DNA of 64,000 nucleotides from Desulfobacterales bacterium (lineage in GTDB: Bacteria > Desulfobacterota > Desulfobacteria > Desulfobacterales > UBA5616), in NCBI GenBank assembly GCA_046483495.1, contig JAWODC010000092.1, positions 96,001-160,000 of the forward strand, read 5' to 3'. The stretch's first letter is position 1. Each line of letters starts with the position of its first letter. Below the pieces are notes generated by a model. The model saw only the letters and a list, made by a program, of their open reading frames with translations, did no database searches and was not told where the DNA came from. The translations under genes and the position numbers were made by a program. Below are positions 21,168 through 31,477 of the stretch, piece after piece.

Positions 21168-21623
21168 TCATATATTCCGCCGTCTCATTCGTTTGCGGAG
21201 GTCCTCCATGTCCCTTTCGAATCTTTGGTTTGCGTTTGGAAAGCGCATGGCCGCTGCGGGATGATAGGTCTGAATATATTCAATTGATTCGAATCGAGGG
21301 GTTTCCCAGGCCACCCGGCCCATCAGAACAATGATCTCCGGCTTTATTTCCCGTATTTCGTCGATTAGACAGGGCATCCACTGCGCAATTTCTTTCGGTG
21401 TGGGTTTTCGGTTGCCGGGGGTGGGGGCTTTGACGACGCTGGTAATGTAAAGCTTATTCCGATCGATTCCCTTTTTGTGAAGGATTTTGTCAAGATATGC
21501 ACCGGCTCGTCCAACGAACGGTCGATTTTGACGGATCTCCTCTTTTCCGGGATTCTGGCCTATCATCATAACCCTGGCCTTATTCGGCCCTTCTGAAAAT
21601 GGTCTCTTTTTTGGAGTCATCAT
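21168..21623 (-). CDS. Uracil-DNA glycosylase (family 4-like, short)
   Basis: IGQNPG..E....PFVGRAG, GNRKP, TYHPAA; ATGA overlap with the CPBP stop. Confidence 0.88.
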   Translation of the reverse strand: MMTPKKRPFSEGPNKARVMMIGQNPGKEEIRQNRPFVGRAGAYLDKILHKKGIDRNKLYITSVVKAPTPGNRKPTPKEIAQWMPCLIDEIREIKPEIIVLMGRVAWETPRFESIEYIQTYHPAAAMRFPNANQRFERDMEDLRKRMRRRNI

Positions 21624-22363
21624 GAAGGCAGGCCGAAGGGGAGGGCTATAATACCCAAAAAATTCTGAATAAAATGCATCACGATCGGTGCTGTCAGACT
21701 TCTTCTCCATAGATACACCACGCCGAAAATGAGGCCCAGAACGCCGACCCCCAGCATTCCTCCGGTTCTTTGATACCCGTGTCCGACTGCAAAAATCGCA
21801 GATGAGATGAAAAGGGCGATGATCGGGCTGTTTGAAAACGAAGCGAACCGTTTGATGAGATATCCGCGAAAAATAACTTCCTCTGAAACGGCGACGACGA
21901 TCAGAAACACGACGGCAAGGCCGATTTGGAAGGTCCCCGACGGAACCAGGAAAGTCGGGGCGGTTTGTGGAACCGAAAGTCCTCCAGCACGAAGAGCCGC
22001 TTCGACAGCAGCCATGATCAACATGATCGGAATAAAAAGTACGACTCCAAGAGCAGCTTCACGCCAAATGTTTTTAAAGGTGAAGCCGATGGACAAGAAA
22101 GGCTCGCCGTTGCGCCATATAAAGAAGAGGACAAGGCTCAACAGCGGAAGATCACTTAGTATCACAGACCCCGCAACCACCGGAAAAGTAAGGTTTTCCG
22201 GATCGAAAATCAAACCCGAAAAGATCATCGATGGCAAGATAAGGGAAAGAAAAACGGCTGTTTCTACGGCCCCTATTTTTTTTGGAACGGGGTGTCCGCT
22301 GTTCAGGAAACGTTCCGCGTTATGCATTAAAGGAAAAGCATTTCGGTCCATGATTCGATTCAC
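21620..22363 (-). CDS. CPBP (CAAX/Abi) intramembrane metalloprotease
   Basis: EEVIFRGY, FAVGH, MHFIQN. Confidence 0.92.
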   Translation of the reverse strand: MNRIMDRNAFPLMHNAERFLNSGHPVPKKIGAVETAVFLSLILPSMIFSGLIFDPENLTFPVVAGSVILSDLPLLSLVLFFIWRNGEPFLSIGFTFKNIWREAALGVVLFIPIMLIMAAVEAALRAGGLSVPQTAPTFLVPSGTFQIGLAVVFLIVVAVSEEVIFRGYLIKRFASFSNSPIIALFISSAIFAVGHGYQRTGGMLGVGVLGLIFGVVYLWRRSLTAPIVMHFIQNFLGIIALPFGLPS

Positions 22364-22777
22364 GCTCCACTTCTTTTCACATCTCGTTCATCCCTCAAAA
22401 TCGGCTGATTCGGGAAGTTGTACAATTGCTGGTTCGCTGAAACCGACGCTAAAAACGTCTGACATGCAAGGACCGGGATTCTGATTTTTGTAATGCAGGC
22501 TGCCGCGCCGGTAAATGAGGTCAATCACTTATATGCATCTCGATCGGCCCGTATCCGGCGACGGCTAAGCTTTCAGATATCGTTTGCGAAGCGTGTGGTG
22601 TTACGATGCCGATCTGAAAGTACAAGGGCTGGTTACAAGCGATACGTGCTTTCCCCCATTGCCTCGAAAAGAAACGGTTTGTAGAGTTTGTGCCGGCACT
22701 ATTTAGAAATATCCGGATGGATAGCGGCCGAAAATCAGCTGCTCGACCGGCCTACCCGTTTACATGGAATTGCGAAC

Positions 22778-23137
22778 ATGAGACGAACCTTATTATGTGC
22801 GGCGGCATTCATGAGCTTTTGTATTTTGTCCGAGCCGAACGCCGATTATAAAAAGCTGCGCAGACTCGATCACTATTTCGAGGTCGAGAATTATGAGCGG
22901 CAAGGAAACGGCTTTATCATCGAGGTTTCGAATAAGAGCAAACAGGGCTTTGCCGATTTCACCGTAATTTTCAATGGCTACAATGTCAACCGCGTCCATA
23001 TTTACCGACGCGAAACCATTGTCGACTTCATGGAGGGAAAAAGCGAACGAACCTTCTTCCTGCCGGGATATGATAAGCGGGTGTTCAGGATAGAAATCGA
23101 AGTCTATGATAAAAGTCCGGTACCGAAAGGCTATTGA
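22778..23137 (+). CDS. Hypothetical exported protein
   Basis: Signal-peptide-like MRRTLLCAAAF; beta-rich body; family not recognised. Confidence 0.55.
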   Translation: MRRTLLCAAAFMSFCILSEPNADYKKLRRLDHYFEVENYERQGNGFIIEVSNKSKQGFADFTVIFNGYNVNRVHIYRRETIVDFMEGKSERTFFLPGYDKRVFRIEIEVYDKSPVPKGY

Positions 23138-23180
23138 AAACGGATTGATGCGATCAAAAACGGATAATCATTTCATTAAA

Positions 23181-23198
23181 GTACAGGGAAACCCCCAT
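23181..23198 (+). promoter_or_regulatory. 18-bp dyad box for dodecin
   Basis: GTACAGGGAAACCCCCAT; TATGGT at 23220, 21 nt away. Confidence 0.6.
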
Positions 23199-23255
23199 TT
23201 TTAATGAGTTCGAACCATTTATGGTGGAATAAACACACAACAAGGAGGTGCGGCT

Positions 23256-23468
23256 ATGAGTGACAGCGTATACAAGGTGATAACGCTGGTAGGGTCCAGC
23301 TCGGAAAGCTGGGAAAAGGCGGCGGCAAAAGCGGTTGAGGTTGCCGCCGGTTCCCTGCGCGATTTGAGAATCGCGGAAGTCGAAGAATTCGATTTGCAGA
23401 TCGAAAACGGCAAAATTCTCAGTTACCGCGTAAAAGTAAGGGTCTCCTTCAAATATCAGAAAGAGTAA
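23256..23468 (+). CDS. Dodecin family flavin-binding protein
   Basis: SVYKVITLVGSS.ESWEKAA ... YRVKVRVSFKY; AGGAGG RBS. Confidence 0.93.
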   Translation: MSDSVYKVITLVGSSSESWEKAAAKAVEVAAGSLRDLRIAEVEEFDLQIENGKILSYRVKVRVSFKYQKE

Positions 23469-23482
23469 ACTTTCCAAGCCGA

Positions 23483-23511
23483 GGGGTAGCATCTCGGTCG
23501 AATGCTACCCC
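23483..23511. terminator. Hairpin between convergent dodecin and YbhB genes
   Basis: GGGGTAGCAT-N9-ATGCTACCCC 10-bp stem. Confidence 0.6.
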
Positions 23512-23957
23512 CTTTCATAGCGGCCCATCAATTCTGTTTTTTCGATGATGTGGCCGGACATGGCATTTTCCAGTTGCGCTTTGGTCGATTTTTCGGGCAG
23601 GTCCAAATCATCATCGAGGGCGAACAGTTTAAAAAAATACCGGTGCTCCCGGTCAGGCGGACAGGGGCCGAAATAACCCGGTTGCCCGTTTGTCCCGAGC
23701 CCTGCGGCTCCTTTGGGTTCTTCTCCTTCTGGGATGGCGCGTGTAGCCGCCGGTATATTGAAAACAACCCAGTGGTCCCACATTCCATCCTCTTTTAAAT
23801 TCTTTGGGACATCGGGATCTTCCATGATCAGAGCGAGACTTTTCGCCGCTGCCGGAACATCTTCCACGCTTAAAGGCGGACTGATATTTTCACCGTCACA
23901 GGTGTATTTGGATGGAATTTTCCCGTCATGTTCAAACGCCGAACTGGTGAGTTTCAT
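23505..23957 (-). CDS. YbhB/YbcL Raf kinase inhibitor-like protein
   Basis: MKLTSSAF, YTCDGENISPPL, DPD, HWVVFNIP, GPCPP, HRYFF. Confidence 0.95.
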   Translation of the reverse strand: MKLTSSAFEHDGKIPSKYTCDGENISPPLSVEDVPAAAKSLALIMEDPDVPKNLKEDGMWDHWVVFNIPAATRAIPEGEEPKGAAGLGTNGQPGYFGPCPPDREHRYFFKLFALDDDLDLPEKSTKAQLENAMSGHIIEKTELMGRYERG

Positions 23958-24099
23958 GGCATTCTCCTCTTCCTGGTGTTTGCAGCAAGCCATTCACTAT
24001 ACCGGAGTGTGATTATGGCTTACAGTAATTGAAAATTAAAATCAATGCGGCTGTTTACTTGAACAGGAATTTTCATAACATTGGGTTCGCCCAAAAAAA

Positions 24100-24117
24100 A
24101 TAGGGTTAATCCTGTAT
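24100..24117 (-). promoter_or_regulatory. 18-bp dyad box in the ybhB/polX divergent region
   Basis: ATAGGGTTAATCCTGTAT; TG-T-TATGAA on the minus strand at 24077, 22 nt away. Confidence 0.65.
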
Positions 24118-24246
24118 ATTATCGCAACAAACGTTATGGATAATAGGATAATGAATTATCGTTTTGACCCATTCATTTTTTCAGAAGATAGAAGTAATGT
24201 AACCGTATAAAAATGGGTCGGCGAAGATAGAAAGGACCTGTAACCC

Positions 24247-25968
24247 ATGCCTGTTCAGAACAAAGATGTCGCGGATATGTTAAAAAAGATGGGGGACCTG
24301 CTGGATATCAAAGGGGATAATCCATTTCGGGTGCGTGCATACCGGAACGCCGCCAGGATGATTTCAAGCCTGCCGCAGGATCTATCCGAGATGGTCGAAC
24401 AGGGCGCCGATCTGACCCGTCTCAGCGGCATTGGAAAAGACCTTGCCGTTAAAATCACAGAGATCCTCGCAACGGGAAAACTGCCGCAGCTCGAAAAGCT
24501 GGAAAAATCGATGCGGCCGGAGCTCCTTGAACTGTTAAAGATCAATACCCTGGGACCGAAGCGGATCAAGGCTCTTTACCGCGAACTGGGCATTGCCGAT
24601 TTGGCGGATCTCGAACGCGCGGCACGGGAAGAAAAAATCAGGGAGATTAACGGATTCGGTGAAAAGACGGAGAAAACCATTCTGAAGGTTTTGCAGGCGG
24701 CACCCGGACCGCAGCCGCTCACGAAGTTTATCGACGCAGAACAGCGGGCCCGCCCCCTGTGCAGGCATTTAAGCGCCGCCCGCGGCGTAAAGGACATCGT
24801 GATTGCCGGCAGCTTTCGCCGCCGCAAAGAGACGGTCGGCGATTTGGATATCCTGGTCACCTGCGAGGATGGGACCGAGGTAATGTCCCGGTTCAAGGGC
24901 TATGAAGATGTTCAAACCGTTCTTGCCTGGGGAAAAACAAAATCATCGGTGGTTCTTCGGTGCGGACTCCAGGTGGATTTGCGGGTTGTTCCCGAGGTGG
25001 TTTACGGTGCGGCACTCCATTATTTTACCGGATCGAAAGCCCACAATATCGCCGTACGCACAAAGGCTGTCAAAAAAAGATTGAAGATCAACGAGTACGG
25101 CGTTTTCAGGGGAAACGAACGTGTCGCCGGCCGTACCGAAGAGGAGGTCTACGCCGCCGTAGGCTTGCCATATATCGAACCCGAACTGAGAGAAGATCAG
25201 GGGGAAATTCAAGCTGCTGGAAAAAGCCGATTGCCCCGACTGGTGACATTGGCGGATATGAAAGGCGATTTGCACGCGCATACGAACCGAACGGACGGCC
25301 GTGCAACACTTGAAGAAATGGCATCGGCGGCCGCAGCCCTGGGATACAATTATCTCGCCGTTACAGAGCATTCGAAGCGCGTTTCCGTTGCTGGAGGACT
25401 CGATGAAAAAGAGCTTGCCCGGCAGATGGATGAAATCGACCGACTCAATGAAAAGCTTTCCCGAATCCGCCTGCTCAAAAGCATCGAGGTGGATATTCTG
25501 AAAAACGGAGATCTGGATTTACCTGACGACATTTTAAAGCAACTCGATCTGACGGTTTGCTCGGCCCATTACTACCGGAATCTGTCCCGGGAAAAGCAAA
25601 CCGATCGCATTATACGTGCCATGGATAACCCTTGCTTCAATATTCTGGCCCATCCGACCGGGCGCATTATCAACGAACGCAGTCCATTGGAACTGGACAT
25701 GGAGAAAATCCTGATAGCGGCAAAGCAGAGGAACTGCATCCTTGAAATCAATGCCCATCCGGACCGACTGGATTTGACCGACCGCTATTGCCGTGCGGCC
25801 AAGGAAATGGGCGTCAAAATGGCGATCGCAACGGATGCGCATTGCGAGGAGGATTTGAATCTCATGAGATACGGCGTTTACCAGGCTCGAAGGGGCTGGC
25901 TCGAGGCCGGAGATGTCGTTAATACGCGTAGTCTGGAAGACTTGATGTGCGTGATACGAAGAATTTAG
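24247..25968 (+). CDS. polX: DNA polymerase X with PHP domain
   Basis: NPFRVRAY, GSFRR..ETVGDLD, YFTGSKAHN, GDLHAHT, AHPTGR, TDAH. Confidence 0.97.
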   Translation: MPVQNKDVADMLKKMGDLLDIKGDNPFRVRAYRNAARMISSLPQDLSEMVEQGADLTRLSGIGKDLAVKITEILATGKLPQLEKLEKSMRPELLELLKINTLGPKRIKALYRELGIADLADLERAAREEKIREINGFGEKTEKTILKVLQAAPGPQPLTKFIDAEQRARPLCRHLSAARGVKDIVIAGSFRRRKETVGDLDILVTCEDGTEVMSRFKGYEDVQTVLAWGKTKSSVVLRCGLQVDLRVVPEVVYGAALHYFTGSKAHNIAVRTKAVKKRLKINEYGVFRGNERVAGRTEEEVYAAVGLPYIEPELREDQGEIQAAGKSRLPRLVTLADMKGDLHAHTNRTDGRATLEEMASAAAALGYNYLAVTEHSKRVSVAGGLDEKELARQMDEIDRLNEKLSRIRLLKSIEVDILKNGDLDLPDDILKQLDLTVCSAHYYRNLSREKQTDRIIRAMDNPCFNILAHPTGRIINERSPLELDMEKILIAAKQRNCILEINAHPDRLDLTDRYCRAAKEMGVKMAIATDAHCEEDLNLMRYGVYQARRGWLEAGDVVNTRSLEDLMCVIRRI

Positions 25969-26176
25969 AATGTATCTGATCCCCGGCGGATGCGAATCGT
26001 TTTGCAATTCGATCGGATTTTGGTTAAACTGGAATTTCAAATGTCAGGGTTCATGTCTACGCGATTTGGGCCATCCGCCGGCATCGACTGATCCGCCGGA
26101 AAGGCCAGAACCGCAGCGCCGGGCAAGGCCGCGACCAGCTTGGAGAAACGATCTGTCAAGCCAAGGAGACGAAGAA

Positions 26177-27301
26177 ATGGAAGAAAAAAGCAATCCAATG
26201 GAACTGGAAAACATATCCGATATTCAGATAGTCATGGATCTGGTTTCTGACTTGATCTGCATTATCGATAAAGACGGCTGCTTTACTTTTCTCAATATGG
26301 CCTGGGAAGAAACGGTGGGCTATGCAGTACACACCTTAAAAGGTAAACCGTATCTTGATTTCGTCCATCCGGAGGACCGTGAAAAAACGGAGACGGAATT
26401 TAAGAAGCACTTGACGGGGTATCCCACACCGACGTTCGAAAGCCGGTTTAAATGCAGTGACGGCACCTTTACGGTTCTTGAAGTACGAATGTTATCGCCT
26501 GATCAAAACCGCATTTTGGCCGTTGCAAGGGATATGACAAAAGAGAAGAAGAATGAAGAAGCCATCCGATACAACGAAACCCGGTTCAGGACTTTATTTG
26601 AAAATGCCTTGAACCCGATATTCGAGATTGATGGGGATGGGAGGTTTCTCAACGCCAATACGGCCGCCCTCGATTTTTTGGAGTGCAGTCGCGGTGAAAT
26701 CTTTTCTAAACGGTTGTCTGATTTTTCGACGCAAAAAGATTCGGGTCGGGCGCTTAAACCCGGTGCATCTCTGGAGACCGGCATTTTTGAAGAAGATTAT
26801 GTCGTTAACGGGAACCTCAAAACACTGATTCTGCGCATGGCCCCATTGGACGTTGAAGACGTGAAAACGTTTTGCGCCATTGGATATGATGTCACAGCAT
26901 TCAGAAAAGAGGCCGAAGAAATCCGCGAAGAAGCCGCACCCGCCAAGATCCGTGTCCTGTTGGCCGATGATCATCCGGTTATGCGGGATGGGTTGTCCCA
27001 ACTGCTTTCTTTGCAGCCGGATATCGAGGTTGTCGGTGAAGCATCGGATGGGAAAGAAGCGGTGGAGAAAACCCGTGAAATGTCACCGGATGTCGTATTA
27101 ATGGATGTCAACATGCCCAACATGAACGGCGTTGAAGCGACACGATTGATTCATTCGGAATATCCCGATATTCGAATCATCGGGTTGTCCATGTTCGGGG
27201 TTGACTCAAAAGCCTCGGAAATGATTTATGCAGGCGCATCCGCCTATCGGTCTAAAAGCGGCAATACCGATTTGCTCGTCGCATCGATTCGCGGAACCTG
27301 A
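26177..27301 (+). CDS. PAS-PAS-receiver protein (no kinase or output domain)
   Basis: Two PAS domains (FVHPEDR; FRTLFENA) then VLLADDH...MDVNMP REC ending at the stop; AAGGAG RBS. Confidence 0.85.
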   Translation: MEEKSNPMELENISDIQIVMDLVSDLICIIDKDGCFTFLNMAWEETVGYAVHTLKGKPYLDFVHPEDREKTETEFKKHLTGYPTPTFESRFKCSDGTFTVLEVRMLSPDQNRILAVARDMTKEKKNEEAIRYNETRFRTLFENALNPIFEIDGDGRFLNANTAALDFLECSRGEIFSKRLSDFSTQKDSGRALKPGASLETGIFEEDYVVNGNLKTLILRMAPLDVEDVKTFCAIGYDVTAFRKEAEEIREEAAPAKIRVLLADDHPVMRDGLSQLLSLQPDIEVVGEASDGKEAVEKTREMSPDVVLMDVNMPNMNGVEATRLIHSEYPDIRIIGLSMFGVDSKASEMIYAGASAYRSKSGNTDLLVASIRGT

Positions 27302-27372
27302 TGCGGCATGCCGATTTCAGGAGGCGTTAAGAGCGGATCTGCTTGCAGATTACGAGTAGAAAGGATCGAAAA

Positions 27373-28473
27373 ATGGCAAAAGACCCGGTATGCGGCATGG
27401 AAGTCGATGAACGGCGGAGCCATTCGCATAAAGCGGTTTACATGGGAAAAACATACTATTTCTGCTCGAATGACTGCAAGGCGACGTTTCAGCGCAATCC
27501 CGAAAAACACATCAAAGCCTCCCGATCACCCGTTACGGCCAAGCGAAAAGTCGTGGTGGTCGGAACAGGAGAAGTGGGAGCCACCTTATGCTTCGCCCTG
27601 CTGATAAGCGGTCTCGCCTCGGATATCGTTCTCATTGACAAAGACTTCGAGAGAGCCGAAGGCCATGCGATGGATTTGAATCATGGTCTTTCATTCGTGC
27701 AGCCCACCCGTATTTTCGCCGGTAATTATCCGGACTGCAGGGACGCTGATGTCGTCATCGTAACCGCGGGTGCCGCGCAGAAGAAAGGGGAAACACGCCT
27801 GGACCTCGTTCGAAAGAATACGGAAATTTTCAGAGACATCATACCTAAGACAACCGAATACGATCCAGGAATTATTCTGATCGTTTCCAATCCGGTGGAC
27901 ATTCTGACCTATGCAGCCTATAAATTTTCCGGATATCCCATGAACCGTGTCATCGGGTCCGGAACCACCCTGGACACCGCCCGCTTTCGATTTTTACTGA
28001 GCCGTCACTGCCGAGTCGATCCGCGAAACGTCCACGCGTACATCATCGGGGAGCATGGGGACAGCGAAGTCCCGGTGTGGAGCCAGGTGAACATCGCCGG
28101 AGTGCCGTTGAGGGATTACTGCCCTGTGTGCAGCCGTAATTGTGGCCCGGAGGAGCAGAACGAAATCTTTCAACAGGTCAAGCATTCGGCCTATGAAATC
28201 ATCAATCGCAAAGGGTACACCAATTTTGCCATAGCGCTTGCCCTCGTCCGCATTCTGAACAGCATACTTCGCGATGAAAACAGCGTCCTGACCGTCTCAA
28301 GCCTGATTGACAATTACTACGGTGTAAAAGATGTCTGCCTCAGCATTCCATGCATTTTGAATGTCAACGGCGTCTTTCAACACATTTATATCAACCTGAA
28401 TGAGGCGGAGCGCAGCTTGTTTCGGGATTCCGCCGATACGCTGAAATCAATTATCAAAGAACTCCGTTTATAA
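27373..28473 (+). CDS. ldh: L-lactate dehydrogenase with N-terminal YHS domain
   Basis: DPVCGM...YYFCS..C YHS; VVGTGEVG, AGAAQKKGETRLDL (Gln = LDH type), GEHGDS. Confidence 0.93.
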   Translation: MAKDPVCGMEVDERRSHSHKAVYMGKTYYFCSNDCKATFQRNPEKHIKASRSPVTAKRKVVVVGTGEVGATLCFALLISGLASDIVLIDKDFERAEGHAMDLNHGLSFVQPTRIFAGNYPDCRDADVVIVTAGAAQKKGETRLDLVRKNTEIFRDIIPKTTEYDPGIILIVSNPVDILTYAAYKFSGYPMNRVIGSGTTLDTARFRFLLSRHCRVDPRNVHAYIIGEHGDSEVPVWSQVNIAGVPLRDYCPVCSRNCGPEEQNEIFQQVKHSAYEIINRKGYTNFAIALALVRILNSILRDENSVLTVSSLIDNYYGVKDVCLSIPCILNVNGVFQHIYINLNEAERSLFRDSADTLKSIIKELRL

Positions 28474-28529
28474 TTTCCGGCTGGTGAGCGGGCTGAAAAG
28501 CATTCATTACCTGCAACAAGGAGAAAAAA

Positions 28530-29576
28530 ATGCTTAACATCATAAAAGAATATTTAGGGGATGAAACGGATTCCCTGTTGACCTATGCGGCAAAATTTCC
28601 AAAAGAGCAGCTGCATCTGCCGGGCCCGGACTTTGTGGATCGCGTTTTTTACCATTCAGACCGTTCGATCAACGTGATGAAAAACCTCCAGCGTATTTTT
28701 CAGACCGGCAGGCTGGGGGGAACGGGATACCTGTCTGTTTTGCCGGTCGATCAGGGCGTTGAACACTCTGCAGGCGCATCTTTCGCTCCGAATGCGATCT
28801 ATTTCGATCCTGAAAACATCGTCAAGCTGGCGGTGGAAGGCGGATGCAATGCCGTTGCGTCAACACTCGGAGTGCTGGGAATGGTTTCCCGCAAGTATGC
28901 CCACAAGATTCCATTTATCATGAAAATAAATCACAACGAATTGTTGACGTATCCCAATACATACGACCAGATATGCTTTGGAAGCGTCGATCAGGCGTTC
29001 GACATGGGGGCGGCCGCCGTCGGCGCCACCATTTATTTTGGATCTGTGGAAAGCGACAGGCAGATCATGGAAGTCAGCGAATCATTTCGGTATGCGCACG
29101 CACGGGGCTTGGCAACCGTTTTATGGTGCTATACAAGAAATGCCGAATTCAACCGGGATAAGGATTACCATGTCTCCGCCGATTTAACCGGCCAGGCCAA
29201 TCATCTCGGCGTTACCCTTCAAGCCGATATCATAAAGCAAAAACTGCCGAAGAATACGGGGGGGTTCAAAGCCCTCGAATTCGGCAAATACGACGAGCGA
29301 ATGTATACGGAATTATCGTCGGACCACCCGATCGACTTGACCCGTTACCAGGTGATCAACAACTATGTGGGGCGGGCCGGGTTGATCAACAGCGGCGGTG
29401 CGTCAGGGAAAGACGATTTCAAAGACGCCGTTAGAACCGCCGTCATCAACAAGCGCGCGGGTGGAATGGGACTGATCACGGGCAGAAAGGCATTTCAGCG
29501 GCCCATGAAAGAGGGCATCGAACTGCTTCACCTGATTCAGGACGTTTATTTGGAAAAGCGTATCGAAGTCGCATAG
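28530..29576 (+). CDS. fbaB: Class I fructose-bisphosphate aldolase
   Basis: [40 protein letters not shown]. Confidence 0.97.
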   Translation: MLNIIKEYLGDETDSLLTYAAKFPKEQLHLPGPDFVDRVFYHSDRSINVMKNLQRIFQTGRLGGTGYLSVLPVDQGVEHSAGASFAPNAIYFDPENIVKLAVEGGCNAVASTLGVLGMVSRKYAHKIPFIMKINHNELLTYPNTYDQICFGSVDQAFDMGAAAVGATIYFGSVESDRQIMEVSESFRYAHARGLATVLWCYTRNAEFNRDKDYHVSADLTGQANHLGVTLQADIIKQKLPKNTGGFKALEFGKYDERMYTELSSDHPIDLTRYQVINNYVGRAGLINSGGASGKDDFKDAVRTAVINKRAGGMGLITGRKAFQRPMKEGIELLHLIQDVYLEKRIEVA

Positions 29577-29745
29577 CCTCCATACAAGCTATCTCAAAAT
29601 AATCTTTTGCCCCAATATCTTCGTTGGAACCGCATGTTACGTCCTCAACATACATGAGTATGCCTGCGGCTTAACATGCGGTTTTGCCTTGATCTTGAAC
29701 CAAAATATTTATTTTGAGGCAGCTTGTAGGCACTTATCTGCGCAT

Positions 29746-31317
29746 CTAACCTGCCCGATAGAGGTTTTCAATGTACATGGAAGCGGTTTCGTCCCAGGAA
29801 AATCGTTTTTCGGCCGCCCGGCTACACAAGTGATCCCATCGATCCGGGGCGTCTTTCTTCATCATCAGGGCATCACGGATGGCGATGACAAAATGATCCA
29901 CCTGTTCGCACAGGGTGGCCCCGGTAAAGGCGAATCCATCGATACCGGGCTCTATCGTATCCTTCAATCCCCCCACGTGGTGAACGAGACACGGTTGACC
30001 GTCCCGCATGGCCAGCATCTGGCTGATCCCGCAGGGTTCGAACGAACTGGGCATCAGAAAGAGATCGCCGTTTGCATACAAGAGATCTGCACACGTGCCG
30101 GAAAACCCGTTTAGAAAGATGAATCGTTCAAACCGGGCGCTCATATCGGAGAAAAATCGCTCATATTCGGGGTCTCCTGTTCCTAAAAGGATATACAAAC
30201 CGTTGTGCGATTCCAAAAGGCGCAGAATTTCCAGAAATCCGGTGTTTCCGGTCGAGCCGCGGGATTTCATCAGGAGCATTTTTTGGTCCGTTAGGCGGCT
30301 GACACTGGTGGCCAGAATGAAGGGGCGTTCTGTCCGCATGCATTCGGAAAGCCTGGCGAATGCCAAAAAGTGGGAAGTCGCCGTTGTCTGTTTTCCCTCG
30401 GTCCAATTCAGAACGGCAGACTTGAATACGCCGATCATATCGTGAAAATCGAGCTTCGGGGGGCGCCGGCTTCCCGGATACGGACAACCGTTCAGAATGC
30501 CGAAAAGCCGGTTGTTGTGCTTTGCGAGTCTGAGATCCGTCTCCAGGCATTCGCCACCGGAAAATACATCGGGTTTGCGGCACGGTGCCAGGAGTTCCTC
30601 GGCATAAGAGGGAGAAACGGTGTGAACGGCTTCGGCAAACCGGATGCCCGCAGCCATCGGATTTACGCAATTCGTCCAGGTGGGATCGGAAATTTCCATG
30701 GGGTTGTAAACCATTTCCGGCCACCAGGCATTCAATGATGATTCATCCCCTGCCATTGGACGGGTCCCCTGAAGGGCGAGATTGTGAATGGTAAAGACGG
30801 TACGGATGGTTTTCAGCGAGGAAAAATCGGTGTGGAAACGGCGCAGTATGAGGAAAAAAGCACAGTGCCAGTCGTGCAGATGGATGCAGTCCGGACATTC
30901 GATCCGGCCTTTTACGATGGCGGCTGCCAGTGCCGTGCAGAACAATGAGAACCGGTCGGCATCCGTGGCGAAAGGGCGGTCTGAAGGGTCATTCATGTAG
31001 ATCCGATATTTCCCCGCCGCCGGTGCCGCAAACAGCGGATGATCGAAAACCAGGTGCAGGACGGGGTCCTCCGGGATACGGGCGTTCACTCGGTGGATAT
31101 CCGCCTTTTGGCTCAAACCCCGAAAATGAAAATCAACCGAGCCGATATATTCGGCGGGATTTTCAAGGTGAATAAAACCATATGAAGGGATAACCGTGGT
31201 CAGCCGGCATGACTGTTTCGCCAGGGCAGGTCCGATTTCACCGATGACATCGGCCAGTCCTCCGGCCTTTGCATACCGCAGCGCATTGTTTTCCGCGGCC
31301 GCCATCAGAATGTTCAT
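29746..31317 (-). CDS. glgA: Glycogen synthase (GT5)
   Basis: KAGGLADV, HLHDWH, FTIHNLA, MPSSFEPCGISQM, GGLKDT. Confidence 0.93.
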   Translation of the reverse strand: MNILMAAAENNALRYAKAGGLADVIGEIGPALAKQSCRLTTVIPSYGFIHLENPAEYIGSVDFHFRGLSQKADIHRVNARIPEDPVLHLVFDHPLFAAPAAGKYRIYMNDPSDRPFATDADRFSLFCTALAAAIVKGRIECPDCIHLHDWHCAFFLILRRFHTDFSSLKTIRTVFTIHNLALQGTRPMAGDESSLNAWWPEMVYNPMEISDPTWTNCVNPMAAGIRFAEAVHTVSPSYAEELLAPCRKPDVFSGGECLETDLRLAKHNNRLFGILNGCPYPGSRRPPKLDFHDMIGVFKSAVLNWTEGKQTTATSHFLAFARLSECMRTERPFILATSVSRLTDQKMLLMKSRGSTGNTGFLEILRLLESHNGLYILLGTGDPEYERFFSDMSARFERFIFLNGFSGTCADLLYANGDLFLMPSSFEPCGISQMLAMRDGQPCLVHHVGGLKDTIEPGIDGFAFTGATLCEQVDHFVIAIRDALMMKKDAPDRWDHLCSRAAEKRFSWDETASMYIENLYRAG

Positions 31318-31385
31318 TGCCGTCTCCGTTTCAAAGGTGAATGCGTTTGAATTGTCACTTATATAACAAGATACAATGCATTGAA

Positions 31386-31403
31386 ATACATTCATTGCCC
31401 CAT
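31386..31403. promoter_or_regulatory. 18-bp dyad box serving divergent glgA/glgM
   Basis: ATACATTCATTGCCCCAT; TG-T-TAGACA at 31426 (+) and TATAAG at 31363 (-), each 22 nt away. Confidence 0.55.
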
Positions 31404-31477
31404 TTCCATTGTGCTTACCTCATGTTAGACATGATCTTCATAGCCCGTCTCGAACGAAAGATCCGAAGGAGGAGCCG

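Noticed and set aside
26040..26165. GC-rich stretch with a GAAA loop resembling a c-di-GMP riboswitch
   Set aside because: Conserved GGCAAAC and GACGCAAAGC elements are absent
25970..26176. N-terminal extension of the PAS-PAS-REC ORF; similar extensions at 9343, 13196, 16639, 31395 and 60441
   Set aside because: Downstream ATGs match RBS positions or domain starts, and several extensions overlap promoter boxes
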